Shown: positions 40,390 through 49,852 of the stretch, in pieces
How positions within the stretch are numbered: position 1 is the stretch's first letter
How the letters are laid out: each line of letters begins with the position of its first letter
Source: Gammaproteobacteria bacterium
GTDB taxonomy: Bacteria; Pseudomonadota; Gammaproteobacteria; Eutrophobiales; Eutrophobiaceae
NCBI GenBank assembly: GCA_947480335.1
Contig: CANKCB010000002.1
Span: 30,976 to 94,975, forward strand
Direction of reading: 5' to 3'
Length of the DNA: 64,000 bases
The notes under the pieces: model-generated
Seen by the model: the letters and a program-made list of their open reading frames with translations, nothing else
Told to the model about the DNA's origin: nothing
The model's database searches: none
Translations under genes and position numbers: made by a program

Positions 40390-41235
40390 ATGAAATTAAC
40401 CGGTAAACAATTCAAGTCATGGGACCGCAAGGCAATTACCCTGCTCGGTATGTCCGGAGTGGGCAAGACCCGGCTGGCCTGTATCTTGCGCAAGAGCCAT
40501 TGGTTTCACTATTCCTGTGACTACCGGATCGGTACACGCTATCTGGATGAGGTCATCCTCGACAATATCAAACTGCAGGCGATGCAGGTGCCGTTTCTGG
40601 AAGAATTGTTACGCTCGGATTCCATCCACATTGGCAATAATTTGAGTATCGATAACCTGAAGCCACTGTCTTCGTATCTGGGCAAACTCGGTAATCCGGG
40701 TCAGGGTGGGATCGGGCTGGGAGAATTCAAGCATCGTCAGGCGTTACACCGTGAGGCAGAAATTGCGGCGATGAATGATGTGCCCAAGTTTATCCAGAAA
40801 GGTTTTGAAATCTACGGTTATGATCATTTTATCAATGATGCAAGCGGCAGTTTATGCGAACTGGATGATGAACAGGTCATTAACCGACTCGCCGAGCATA
40901 CGCTGATCATTTACATCAAGGCGACCGAAGAAAATGAAAAGGCGCTGATTGAGCGTGCGGAATCGGATCCGAAACCGTTGTACTACCGTGAGTCCTTTCT
41001 GGATGCGCAGCTGGATGAATACCTGAAAATGAAGAATCTTGAGTATGCGGCGCTTATCAATCCGGATGAATTTGTGCGTTGGGTATTTCCGCGTCTGTTC
41101 TATGCGCGTATTCCCCGTTATGAAGCCATTGCAAACCAGTATGGTTATTCCATCAGTACCAAGGAAATCGAGACGGTCAGGAACGAAAAGGATTTTATCC
41201 GTGTGATTACCCGCGTGCTTGACAGTCAATCCTGA
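40390..41235 (+). CDS. uncharacterised P-loop NTPase, small-molecule-kinase-like
   Basis: 281 aa with Walker A GMSGVGKT at residues 20-27. The later segments (NDASGSLCE, HTLIIYIKATEE, DPKPLYY) resemble the layout of shikimate/APS-kinase-class proteins, with an inserted region of about 90 aa. It ends 18 nt upstream of metA. Confidence 0.65.
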   Translation: MKLTGKQFKSWDRKAITLLGMSGVGKTRLACILRKSHWFHYSCDYRIGTRYLDEVILDNIKLQAMQVPFLEELLRSDSIHIGNNLSIDNLKPLSSYLGKLGNPGQGGIGLGEFKHRQALHREAEIAAMNDVPKFIQKGFEIYGYDHFINDASGSLCELDDEQVINRLAEHTLIIYIKATEENEKALIERAESDPKPLYYRESFLDAQLDEYLKMKNLEYAALINPDEFVRWVFPRLFYARIPRYEAIANQYGYSISTKEIETVRNEKDFIRVITRVLDSQS

Positions 41236-41253
41236 GCGGAGAACGGAAATCAT

Positions 41254-42321
41254 ATGCCATTGGTAGCTAATTCAGATTTACCCAGTTTCTCCCGCCTGAG
41301 CGAGGAGGGTGAAACTGTTATATCACGCGATCATGCTGTGCATCAGGATATACGCGAGTTGCATATTGGCCTGTTGAATATGATGCCGGACAAGGCGCTG
41401 GAAGCAACCGAACGCCAGTTCCTGCGACTGGTTGGCGAGAGCAACCAGATTGCCCAGTTTTATGTTTACCCGTTCACGCTGAAGGAAATACATCGCAGTG
41501 ATGAAGGACGCGCCCATATCAAGCAATATTATATGGATATTGATGCCATCAAGGAGCAGGGGCTGGACGCACTGATCATCACGGGCGCGAATGTGGTCGG
41601 TGCCGAACTATCTGCCCAGTCTTTCTGGAAGCCACTGAAGGAAATCACTGACTGGGCGTATAACAATGTGACCTCTACGCTGTGTTCCTGTCTGGCCACC
41701 CATGCGCTGCTGGAATTGCGCTATGGTTTGAAACGCCGACCCCTGGTCGAAAAGCGTTGGGGCGTGTATCCGCATCGTGTGGTGGACAAAACTCATCCGT
41801 TGGTCACCGGTGTGAATACACGGTTTGATGTACCCCATTCGCGTTTTAATCAGGTGGATCGCAGCCAGTTTGAACAGGCGGGTCTGGAAATTCTGGTCGA
41901 GAGTGATGAAGCCGGTGTGCATCTGGCGGTCAGCGAAGATGGGTTCCGTCTGGTGTTTTGCCAGGGCCATCCAGAATACGATGCGCACAGTCTGATGAAG
42001 GAATACAAACGCGAAGTCGGGCGTTTCATTTTTGAAGATTTACAAAAATACCCGCAGTTTCCTGAAAGCTATCTCAATGTTAGCAACGCCGCCATACTGG
42101 AAGAGTTTCGTGATCGTGTGTTGGTGGCCCGCCGTCTGGGTAATCCACCACCCCAGTTTCCGGAACACCTAATCGTGCCAACGCTGGATAATACCTGGCA
42201 TGACAGTGCCGAAGCGGTTATTAATAACTGGATAGGCAAGGTCTATCAGCTCACCGATATCGTGCGACGCAAGCCCTTTCGTGAAGGTGTCGATCCCTCC
42301 AATCCGCTGAACCGTAAATGA
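41254..42321 (+). CDS. metA: homoserine O-acyltransferase, MetA family (long form, 355 aa)
   Basis: [12 protein letters not shown], catalytic-Cys context [14 protein letters not shown] (E. coli has STLFVCWAVQA), PHSRFN and GHPEYD. It is roughly 45-50 aa longer at the C-terminus than the E. coli enzyme. Confidence 0.85.
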   Translation: MPLVANSDLPSFSRLSEEGETVISRDHAVHQDIRELHIGLLNMMPDKALEATERQFLRLVGESNQIAQFYVYPFTLKEIHRSDEGRAHIKQYYMDIDAIKEQGLDALIITGANVVGAELSAQSFWKPLKEITDWAYNNVTSTLCSCLATHALLELRYGLKRRPLVEKRWGVYPHRVVDKTHPLVTGVNTRFDVPHSRFNQVDRSQFEQAGLEILVESDEAGVHLAVSEDGFRLVFCQGHPEYDAHSLMKEYKREVGRFIFEDLQKYPQFPESYLNVSNAAILEEFRDRVLVARRLGNPPPQFPEHLIVPTLDNTWHDSAEAVINNWIGKVYQLTDIVRRKPFREGVDPSNPLNRK

Positions 42322-43640
42322 CCGAAGCGACAGTAGGGTTTATCAGTCTGGGCTGCCCCAAGGCACTGGTTGATTCCGAACGCATACTCACCCAGTTACG
42401 ACTGGATGGTTACCGGATTTCAGACAGTTATGAGGATGCTGAAGTTGTCATCGTCAATACCTGTGGTTTTATTGATAGCGCCAGGGCCGAATCACTGGAA
42501 GCCATCGGTGAAGCCTTGAGTGAAAATGGTCGGGTAATCGTCACCGGTTGTATGGGCGTTGATGCCGAACTAATTCGCAAAATCCATCCGCAGGTATTAA
42601 GTGTCAGTGGACCCCAACAGTATGAGCAGGTGGTCAGTGCGGTACATCTGCATGCGCCACGCACCGGCAAGCATGATCCGTTTGTGGATCTGGTCCCTCC
42701 GCAGGGGATCAAGTTAACACCGAGGCATTATGCCTATCTGAAAATTTCTGAAGGGTGTAATCACAAGTGCAGTTTCTGCATTATACCTTCGATGCGCGGC
42801 AAACTGGTTAGCCGTGATGCCGGCGATATTATGAAAGAAGCCGAAGGTCTGGTCCGCTCCGGCGTCAAGGAGTTACTGGTAATTTCACAGGACACCAGCG
42901 CTTATGGTGTCGATCTGAAATACAAGACCGGATTCTGGAACGGCAAACCGGTCAAGAGTGATTTGTATCATCTTTGTGAAGCACTCGGATCACTGGGGGT
43001 TTGGGTACGCTTGCACTATGTATACCCTTATCCGCATGTCGATGACATCATCCCGTTGATGACAGAGGGTAAAATCTTGCCGTATCTGGATGTGCCATTC
43101 CAGCATGGCAGTACTCGTATACTCAAACAGATGCGACGACCTGCGGCAACTGAAAATACGCTAGAACATATTCAGCGCTGGCGGCAGATCTGTCCGGACA
43201 TTACTATCCGTTCCACCTTTATCGTTGGGTTCCCCGGGGAGACAGACGAGGATTTTGAATTACTGCTCGATTTTCTGGACGAAGCACAGTTGGACAGAGT
43301 GGGTTGTTTTCAATACTCTCCGGTACAAGGAGCCTCGGCCAATGATCTGCCCGACCCAGTACCGGAAGAAGTGAAGGAAGAACGCTGGCATCGTTTCATG
43401 CAGGCACAGGCTGATATCAGCGAGCAGAAACTGGCAGATAAAGTTGGTAAAGTAATGCAGGTATTGATTGATGAAATCGATAATAATGACTATGTCGCAC
43501 GCAGTGCTGCAGATGCACCCGAGATTGATGGTAATGTATTTGTCAGTAGCGACCGATCACTGGCCGCCGGTGATATCGTCACGGTAAAAATTGACAGTGC
43601 GGCCGAGTATGATTTATGGGGTACTGTCGTTAACCAATAA
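42318..43640 (+). CDS. rimO: ribosomal protein S12 methylthiotransferase RimO
   Basis: 440 aa. It has the N-terminal UPF0004 Cys triad ([10 protein letters not shown]...NTCGFI...VTGC), a radical SAM motif (CNHKCSFC) and a TRAM domain. There is a 4-nt ATGA overlap with metA. Confidence 0.93.
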   Translation: MTEATVGFISLGCPKALVDSERILTQLRLDGYRISDSYEDAEVVIVNTCGFIDSARAESLEAIGEALSENGRVIVTGCMGVDAELIRKIHPQVLSVSGPQQYEQVVSAVHLHAPRTGKHDPFVDLVPPQGIKLTPRHYAYLKISEGCNHKCSFCIIPSMRGKLVSRDAGDIMKEAEGLVRSGVKELLVISQDTSAYGVDLKYKTGFWNGKPVKSDLYHLCEALGSLGVWVRLHYVYPYPHVDDIIPLMTEGKILPYLDVPFQHGSTRILKQMRRPAATENTLEHIQRWRQICPDITIRSTFIVGFPGETDEDFELLLDFLDEAQLDRVGCFQYSPVQGASANDLPDPVPEEVKEERWHRFMQAQADISEQKLADKVGKVMQVLIDEIDNNDYVARSAADAPEIDGNVFVSSDRSLAAGDIVTVKIDSAAEYDLWGTVVNQ

Positions 43641-43655
43641 GGATCGGAGTAAGTT

Positions 43656-44570
43656 ATGTCAGCTACTTTACTGTTTCCGCTCGGCGCAATTCTGGTCACA
43701 CTGCTTTCCTATTATTTCCCGTCCTTGTTGATTCCCTATACCGATTATTTGAGCCTGTTGCTGGGTATACTGATGTTTGGCATGGGGCTGGGTTTACGTT
43801 TTGAAAATTTTGCCGAAATACTACGCCGTCCCAAAATTATTCTGATCGGTGTGGTATTGCAGTTTCTGTTCATGCCGTTTATTGCCTTTGCGGTAGCCCG
43901 GCTGTTTGCGCTGGATCAGTCGCTGTTGATTGGACTGGTGCTTGTTGGCGCCTGTCCCGGTGGTATAGCCTCTAATGTGGTTTGTTATCTGGCACGAGGC
44001 GATGTGGCCCTGTCGATCATGATTACAGTTGTTTCAACCGTATTGGCCGTGGTACTGACACCGACCCTGACCTGGTTGTATCTGGGACAACAGGTCAATG
44101 TGCCCGTGGCGTCGATGATGATAAATATTTTTATTATCACACTGCTACCGGTTGCGGCTGGTGTATTACTCAATCACTATCTGGGCAAGCGATTGCAGCT
44201 ACTGAAAAAGGTCTTTCCGCTACTCTCCATGGTCGCGATCATGCTGATCATTGGTATCGTCATGGCTTTGACACAACCCCAGATACACATGGCCGCAATC
44301 CCGGTGTTGGCAACAGTGTTCTGGCAAAATGTGCTGGGTCTTGTCGCCGGTTATTATTCGGCCAAGTGGCTGGGTCTGGATGAAAAAATCTGTCGTACCA
44401 TTGCCATTGAAGTGGGCATGCATAATTCGGGATTGGCTGTGGTACTGGCCAAGGATTATTTTTCAGTGATGGCGGCACTGCCCGGTGCGGTATTCAGTGT
44501 CTGGCATAATATCAGCGGTTCACTGGTGGCCAGTTACTGGGCGCGTAAATCGGCGGCGATGAAACCCTGA
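43656..44570 (+). CDS. bile acid:sodium symporter (BASS) family transporter
   Basis: 304 aa, polytopic. GACPGGIASNV and EVGMHNSGLA are typical BASS motifs. Confidence 0.85.
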   Translation: MSATLLFPLGAILVTLLSYYFPSLLIPYTDYLSLLLGILMFGMGLGLRFENFAEILRRPKIILIGVVLQFLFMPFIAFAVARLFALDQSLLIGLVLVGACPGGIASNVVCYLARGDVALSIMITVVSTVLAVVLTPTLTWLYLGQQVNVPVASMMINIFIITLLPVAAGVLLNHYLGKRLQLLKKVFPLLSMVAIMLIIGIVMALTQPQIHMAAIPVLATVFWQNVLGLVAGYYSAKWLGLDEKICRTIAIEVGMHNSGLAVVLAKDYFSVMAALPGAVFSVWHNISGSLVASYWARKSAAMKP

Positions 44571-45117
44571 TAATACGTTGTTCAGTCACAATCATTTTCA
44601 CGCTAATATCGTTCTCTTCTTGTGGTAATGCCCGTGTCAGCTGACACTCATAGGCCAGTGCTATTTTGACGTCAACCTGGTGTGTGGCAAACCAGCGATC
44701 ATAGTTACCCTGACCCTGTCCCAGACGTATGCCTGATTCAGTAAATGCCAGTCCAGGAGTAATGCATACATCGATCGGGCAATTTATTTCGAGAGCGGGG
44801 TCAGGTGATGGAATGCCTGCCTTGTCACGGATCATATTCGACCAGCCAGAAAACGTAACCGCGTACATCTCATTGTGCTTACGTATCGCCGGCACGGCCA
44901 ATTGTGTACCACGGCCATGTAGCCAGTCCAGCAAGTGGCGTGTATCGGTTTCCGAACCAACAGAAACATAACTAAACAGGCATTGGGCGGAGAGGATTTC
45001 CGGCAGATCCTGTAATTTTTTCAGAATGGCCTGATCAAATTGCTGACGTGTCCCGGTTGCCAGTGCATCACGAACTTGCCTATATTGTCGGCGTAAAGCT
45101 TGTTTAGAATCGGTCAT
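44512..45117 (-). CDS. 5-formyltetrahydrofolate cyclo-ligase
   Basis: ATG 45117 is preferred over the track TTG 45177. Motifs: KQALRRQYRQVRDAL, PGLAFTESGIRLGQGQGNYDR. The 3' end overlaps the convergent BASS gene by 59 bp. Confidence 0.85.
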   Translation of the reverse strand: MTDSKQALRRQYRQVRDALATGTRQQFDQAILKKLQDLPEILSAQCLFSYVSVGSETDTRHLLDWLHGRGTQLAVPAIRKHNEMYAVTFSGWSNMIRDKAGIPSPDPALEINCPIDVCITPGLAFTESGIRLGQGQGNYDRWFATHQVDVKIALAYECQLTRALPQEENDISVKMIVTEQRIIRVSSPPIYAPSNWPPVNR

Positions 45118-45387
45118 GGTTGTCACGTCAATCAGGCTATCCGGTAAAAGTGGCAAGCTACGGGTTGGTTTGCTCAATCTAACAGACTGTTTTCAATAAG
45201 GAAAATTTACAGTTCGGTACACTTGGCACCGGTTTGGGCTATTTTGGCGATGACTTGCAGATATTTATCACTAAGTGGTTGTTTGCTCTTTCTTTTTACG
45301 CCATATCCCGTAAAATACCGGCCTCTTGCAACATCCCTGACTCGCTGCGGCGAGTTAATTATTTTTATTTTGAGGAACAGGTATTAA

Positions 45388-45654
45388 ATGGTAACGATTC
45401 GTCTGGCGCGCGCTGGCGCTAAAAAAAGAGCTTTTTACCACATCGTCGTCACGGACTCCAGAAAGCCTCGTGATGGGCGTTACATTGAACGCATCGGATT
45501 TTTCAATTCGGTTGCGTCAGGTAAGGACGTCGAATTACAAGTCGATATGGAAAGAGTGAGTCATTGGGTCGCTCTTGGCGCCCAACCCTCACAAAGGGTC
45601 GCTGCCTTATTGAAACAGGTCAAGCCGGGCGCTCAAGTATCTGCTGCAGCCTGA
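45388..45654 (+). CDS. rpsP: 30S ribosomal protein S16
   Basis: 88 aa beginning [25 protein letters not shown]. Confidence 0.96.
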   Translation: MVTIRLARAGAKKRAFYHIVVTDSRKPRDGRYIERIGFFNSVASGKDVELQVDMERVSHWVALGAQPSQRVAALLKQVKPGAQVSAAA

Positions 45655-45668
45655 TCTGATTCCGCTTT

Positions 45669-46199
45669 ATGAAGCCTGCTGACGGTGGCTCTGCTAGTCA
45701 GGAACAGGTAGCGGTTGGCAAGATAAGCGGAATTTACGGAGTAACAGGTTGGGTTCGGATCATTTCCTATACCCGACCGATAAGCAATATCTTTTCCTAC
45801 TCTCCCTGGTTGATTGGCAGGGGTGCACAGCAAGAGTCCAGGGAGTTACTCGAAGGACGAATGCAAGGCAAGGGGTTGGTAGCAAGAATCAAGGATCTGG
45901 AAGACAGGGACATCGCCCGATCCTATATCGGTAAAGATATTTTACTTTACAGAAATCAGATGCCAGTGCTGCCGGCAGGCGAATATTACTGGTGTGATCT
46001 GATGCAGCTGGATGTAGTAAATCTTGAAGGAATGAAGTTGGGCAAGGTGATAGAAATTCTTGAAACCGGTGCGAACGATGTACTGGTGATTAAAGGTGAA
46101 CGTCGTCATCTGGTGCCACTGATGCTGGACAAGTACGTCACAGCAATTGATATCAAGAATGGTGTGATAACGGTGGATTGGGACCCGGAGTACAGTTAA
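45669..46199 (+). CDS. rimM: 16S rRNA processing protein RimM
   Basis: 176 aa: VAVGKISGIYGVTGWVRI, YYWCDLMQLDV. The rpsP-rimM-trmD-rplS order is conserved. Confidence 0.93.
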   Translation: MKPADGGSASQEQVAVGKISGIYGVTGWVRIISYTRPISNIFSYSPWLIGRGAQQESRELLEGRMQGKGLVARIKDLEDRDIARSYIGKDILLYRNQMPVLPAGEYYWCDLMQLDVVNLEGMKLGKVIEILETGANDVLVIKGERRHLVPLMLDKYVTAIDIKNGVITVDWDPEYS

Positions 46200-46937
46200 A
46201 TGCTTGAGGTAGCTGTCGTCACCCTGTTTCCGGAGATGCTGGCAGCCATCGAGCAGTACGGTGTAACCGGTCGTGCCGTGAAAAATGGACTGGTAAGAAT
46301 TACCGCGATTAATCCGAGGGATTATGCGCCCTTACCACATCGCAATGTTGATGACAGGCCATACGGTGGTGGTCCGGGCATGGTGATGATGGTACAACCG
46401 CTGGCCGATGCAATCAGTGCGGCTAAAAAGAATTTACCGGATGCCAGGGTGGTTTACCTGACACCGCAAGGATGCAGACTGCAACAATCGGCCGTGATGA
46501 CGCTGGCCGGGTATCAACAGCTGATACTGGTGGCAGGAAGGTATGAAGGACTGGATGAACGCCTGATACGCTCGCATGTGGATGAGGAGTGGTCGATAGG
46601 GGATTATGTTCTCAGTGGCGGTGAGTTACCGGCCATGGTATTGATCGACGCGATGTCGCGAACAATACCCGGTGTACTCGGACACGAATGTTCAGCTGAT
46701 GAAGATTCGTTTGCGAATGGCCTGCTGGACTACCCGCACTACACCCGTCCGGAAGAGATTAACGGCGAGCGGGTACCTGCGGTGCTGTTAAGCGGGGATC
46801 ATGAGCAGATTCGGCGCTGGCGCATGAAACAGGCGCTGGGCAGGACCTGGCAACGCCGGCCTGATTTGCTGGAAAACCAGCAACTGGACGAATTGCAGAA
46901 AAAATTATTAGTGGAATTTCAGACTGAACAAAATTGA
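46200..46937 (+). CDS. trmD: tRNA (guanine37-N1)-methyltransferase TrmD
   Basis: 245 aa: [48 protein letters not shown]. Confidence 0.96.
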   Translation: MLEVAVVTLFPEMLAAIEQYGVTGRAVKNGLVRITAINPRDYAPLPHRNVDDRPYGGGPGMVMMVQPLADAISAAKKNLPDARVVYLTPQGCRLQQSAVMTLAGYQQLILVAGRYEGLDERLIRSHVDEEWSIGDYVLSGGELPAMVLIDAMSRTIPGVLGHECSADEDSFANGLLDYPHYTRPEEINGERVPAVLLSGDHEQIRRWRMKQALGRTWQRRPDLLENQQLDELQKKLLVEFQTEQN

Positions 46938-46962
46938 TTTGGACTTAACCGGAGTAACAGTG

Positions 46963-47352
46963 ATGCGTAATATTATTGAACAACTTGAAGCTGAACAACT
47001 GAAGCAGAAGGAAAGTATCCCCGATTTCAAACCAGGTGACACTGTGGTTGTACAGGTCAAGGTAAAGGAAGGTACGCGTGAACGTTTACAGGCGTATGAA
47101 GGCGTGGTCATTGCTATCAAGAACCGTGGCCTGAATTCTTCTTTCACAGTTCGCAAGATTTCCTATGGTGAGGGTGTTGAGCGTGTGTTCCAGACCCATA
47201 GTCCGGGCGTCGCCAGCATTCAGGTTAAACGTCGTGGTGATATCCGCCGCGCCAAGCTGTACTACATGCGTGACCTCAGCGGTAAGTCAGCACGTATCAA
47301 GGAAAAGCTGGCCAGCAACGCCCCGATTGAATCAGGTAAGAACGCGGAATAA
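46963..47352 (+). CDS. rplS: 50S ribosomal protein L19
   Basis: ATG 46963 follows a GGAG RBS. Motifs: [46 protein letters not shown]. Confidence 0.96.
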   Translation: MRNIIEQLEAEQLKQKESIPDFKPGDTVVVQVKVKEGTRERLQAYEGVVIAIKNRGLNSSFTVRKISYGEGVERVFQTHSPGVASIQVKRRGDIRRAKLYYMRDLSGKSARIKEKLASNAPIESGKNAE

Positions 47353-47409
47353 GTCCTGCCTTGCGGGCAAACCAGACACACAGTTTGCCCGATTCGTTGT
47401 CTCCAAAGT

Positions 47410-47435
47410 GGTTCCGGCAGTAACATGCCGGAACC
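47410..47435 (+). other. perfect 10-bp stem / 6-nt loop hairpin ending 6 nt before the ogt start codon
   Basis: GGTTCCGGCA-gtaaca-TGCCGGAACC, read directly. There is no U-tract. Confidence 0.8.
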
Positions 47436-47441
47436 CTTATC

Positions 47442-47915
47442 ATGAACCAACCCACATACGATGCCGTAATCGCCAGCCCGATAGGCAGGTTGGGTTTACT
47501 GACATTCGAAGACTACATTACCGATCTGGCATGGTTACCGGCCAAGCAGAAACTGATCTCCCCGACAACCTCGTTTGCTGAATTAATCTGTAACTCGCTC
47601 ACTCTGTATTTCGAATCCACCTCCCGCTTGCCCTGTTTCCCCTTGCAACCGCAAGGCACACCATTCCAGCGCAAGGTCTGGTTGGCCATGCAGAAAATCC
47701 AGGCAGGACAGGTACAATCGTATGGCCAGTTGGCTGCACGACTTAAAACAGGTAGCCGTGCCATTGGTATGGCCTGCCGTACCAATCCGATCATTCTTCT
47801 GATTCCCTGTCACCGTGTGGTCTCTGCAAAAGGGATTGGAGGTTATATGGGCAAAGCCGGCAGAACCAACATCAAGCAGTGGCTATTGCAGCATGAAGGC
47901 GTGCATGACTACTGA
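47442..47915 (+). CDS. ogt: methylated-DNA-protein-cysteine methyltransferase (Ogt/MGMT family)
   Basis: 157 aa with TPFQRKVW and the active site IPCHRVV. Confidence 0.88.
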   Translation: MNQPTYDAVIASPIGRLGLLTFEDYITDLAWLPAKQKLISPTTSFAELICNSLTLYFESTSRLPCFPLQPQGTPFQRKVWLAMQKIQAGQVQSYGQLAARLKTGSRAIGMACRTNPIILLIPCHRVVSAKGIGGYMGKAGRTNIKQWLLQHEGVHDY

Positions 47916-48816
47916 TTGTCCTGAACTTATCCGAGCCCGCAACGAAATCGATTTGTTTCTGGATGCACTGTGGATGCAACGCGGGCTGGGCGAGAACACC
48001 TTGCAGGCCTATCGCACCGATCTATATTCCTTTGCTGAGTGGCAATATCAGCGTGGGAATACAGACCTGCTGCAAACCCGCGCGGCAGATTTACATGCGT
48101 ATCTGGCAATGCAGGGAGGACGTTCTGCGAGATCCACCGCCAGACGATTGTCCAGCCTGCGCAGATTATTTCAGTATCTGGCCAGGGAAGGGCGCATCAG
48201 CACGGATCCAACTGTGAATATCGACTCACCCCGTCTGGGCCGATCCTTGCCAAAAACCCTGACTGAATCGGATGTGGAAGCCTTGTTACAGGCGCCGGAT
48301 GTCACGACACGCAATGGCATGCGGGATCGAGCAATGCTGGAAGTGTTGTATGCAACCGGCTTACGTGTATCTGAACTGGTCGGTTTGCGTCTGGATCAAA
48401 TCAATCTGCGTCAGGGAGTGATTCGCGTGATAGGCAAGGGCAACAAGGAACGTCTGGTGCCACTGGGAGAAGAATCGGTCGACTGGCTAAACCGCTATAT
48501 CCGCGATGTGCGACCGGAATATTTTAAGGGTCAGCCCGATGCAACCTTATTCCCTTCCAACCGGGGCACACCGCAAACCCGCCAGACCTTCTGGCATGCG
48601 ATCAAACGTTATGCCATTGTTGCTGGCATCAGCAAACCGATGTCACCGCATGTACTGCGACATGCTTTTGCAACTCATCTGTTGAACCACGGCGCAGACC
48701 TGCGCGTCGTGCAAATGCTGCTAGGCCACAGTGATATCTCCACCACACAAATCTACACGCACATTGCAAAGGAAAGGTTGAAAGATATCCACGCGAAACA
48801 TCATCCGCGGGGGTAG
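47905..48816 (+). CDS. xerD: site-specific tyrosine recombinase XerD
   Basis: The frame is open from 47815; ATG 47905 (or 47893) gives an XerD-like length of about 303 aa. Motifs: ATGLRVSELVGL and LRHAFATHLLNHGADLRVVQMLLGHSDISTTQIYTH. Confidence 0.9.
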   Translation: MTTDCPELIRARNEIDLFLDALWMQRGLGENTLQAYRTDLYSFAEWQYQRGNTDLLQTRAADLHAYLAMQGGRSARSTARRLSSLRRLFQYLAREGRISTDPTVNIDSPRLGRSLPKTLTESDVEALLQAPDVTTRNGMRDRAMLEVLYATGLRVSELVGLRLDQINLRQGVIRVIGKGNKERLVPLGEESVDWLNRYIRDVRPEYFKGQPDATLFPSNRGTPQTRQTFWHAIKRYAIVAGISKPMSPHVLRHAFATHLLNHGADLRVVQMLLGHSDISTTQIYTHIAKERLKDIHAKHHPRG

Positions 48817-48927
48817 TGTGGTTTGCACCTGTCATAGACGCGATACCTTTAAACTCACTCTAGTACAATCCATAGCAGAGTCATCTACCAGGACAGCGCT
48901 CTGACGATTTATGGTCGTCCTGCATGC

Positions 48928-49548
48928 TCATGGTGTGTTTACCTGAGTCGGTTTTGTTGTAATTTGAGATATGCTGATTGCAATTTCGCTGCCAAGTTCA
49001 GCAATTGTCTCACTTAATTTAATGACGATATCAGCGCGTACGACCGAACGGGACAGAGGCAGGCGGATTTCAGATTTTTGTATGCCGGTTAGATTGACAC
49101 CGTCACGGCTCTGAATACTCCAGTAGACCAGTAATACCACCTCGCCATTATCACCAGCGTCAAACTGCAATATCTCGGCAGTGATCCGGTAGTCGACATC
49201 GTCATGGTTACGTGATGGTTCGATACTGATTCGTTCTGTTCCGAGCAGGAGCGACAGGTTTTCTGCCAGAACCCGGGTAAAATTTTCTTGTAATGGTTCT
49301 GCCCAGCGATCGGTTTCGGCCAGATAGATCTCGGCATTAGTACTGCGCGTTACAATCTGGGGACGATCCAGGTATTTCGGGAAGCGGATCGGACCTACTC
49401 CAATTAATGCGGCATCGGATAGCTTAGGCGTAATTGGTAACTGCACTGTCGTAGTCAACATGTAGTAATGTGACACTGGTGTTGACCCACATCCGGTCAG
49501 CAATATTATGGTCAGCAGTAGATACAGGTTTCTGATATCAGGCATCAT
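48928..49548 (-). CDS. pqiC: PqiC/YmbA-like ABC-transport auxiliary lipoprotein
   Basis: 206 aa with lipobox LLTGCGS followed by HYYML, then WAEPLQENFTRVLAENL. It is the last gene of the MlaE/MlaF/MCE operon. Confidence 0.8.
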   Translation of the reverse strand: MMPDIRNLYLLLTIILLTGCGSTPVSHYYMLTTTVQLPITPKLSDAALIGVGPIRFPKYLDRPQIVTRSTNAEIYLAETDRWAEPLQENFTRVLAENLSLLLGTERISIEPSRNHDDVDYRITAEILQFDAGDNGEVVLLVYWSIQSRDGVNLTGIQKSEIRLPLSRSVVRADIVIKLSETIAELGSEIAISISQITTKPTQVNTP

Positions 49549-49549
49549 T

Positions 49550-49852
49550 TCATTCTCTTAGGTTCTTTCCTTTCAAAAGGACTTCCGGTTGTTTTTCAAT
49601 AGTGTCTGCCAGTTGTTGCAGTGCTCGTGCTGCATCTGATATTTCCTCGAGGGCAATGTTCAGATTATACAGTTCAGGGGAGTCCTTGATTGTTCGAATA
49701 GTCTTTGCGGCACCGGAAATTTCTGTCAGCGCGATATCAAGTTTTTGCATCTGCGGCATTGTTTCCAGATTACTGATAAGTTTTGCTGCATTGGCAATTT
49801 CATCCAGTGCTGTATTCATTTTTATCAGTTGCGGCGAATCGCTGGCAGTCAA
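49550..49852 (-). CDS. C-terminal portion of the MCE/MlaD-family protein, in the same frame directly after an in-frame TAA (opens with TTG 49852)
   Basis: 100 codons with three 26-aa helical repeats and the family-typical end IEKQPEVLLKGK. Its TGA stop lies 1 nt before the pqiC ATG. Confidence 0.6.
   Translation of the reverse strand: MTASDSPQLIKMNTALDEIANAAKLISNLETMPQMQKLDIALTEISGAAKTIRTIKDSPELYNLNIALEEISDAARALQQLADTIEKQPEVLLKGKNLRE

Noticed and set aside
44512-44570. 59-bp convergent overlap of the BASS transporter and cyclo-ligase genes as an antisense regulatory device
   Set aside because: The cyclo-ligase family core ends near ...IVTEQRII. The overlap is most simply a non-conserved C-terminal tail caused by a late stop codon.
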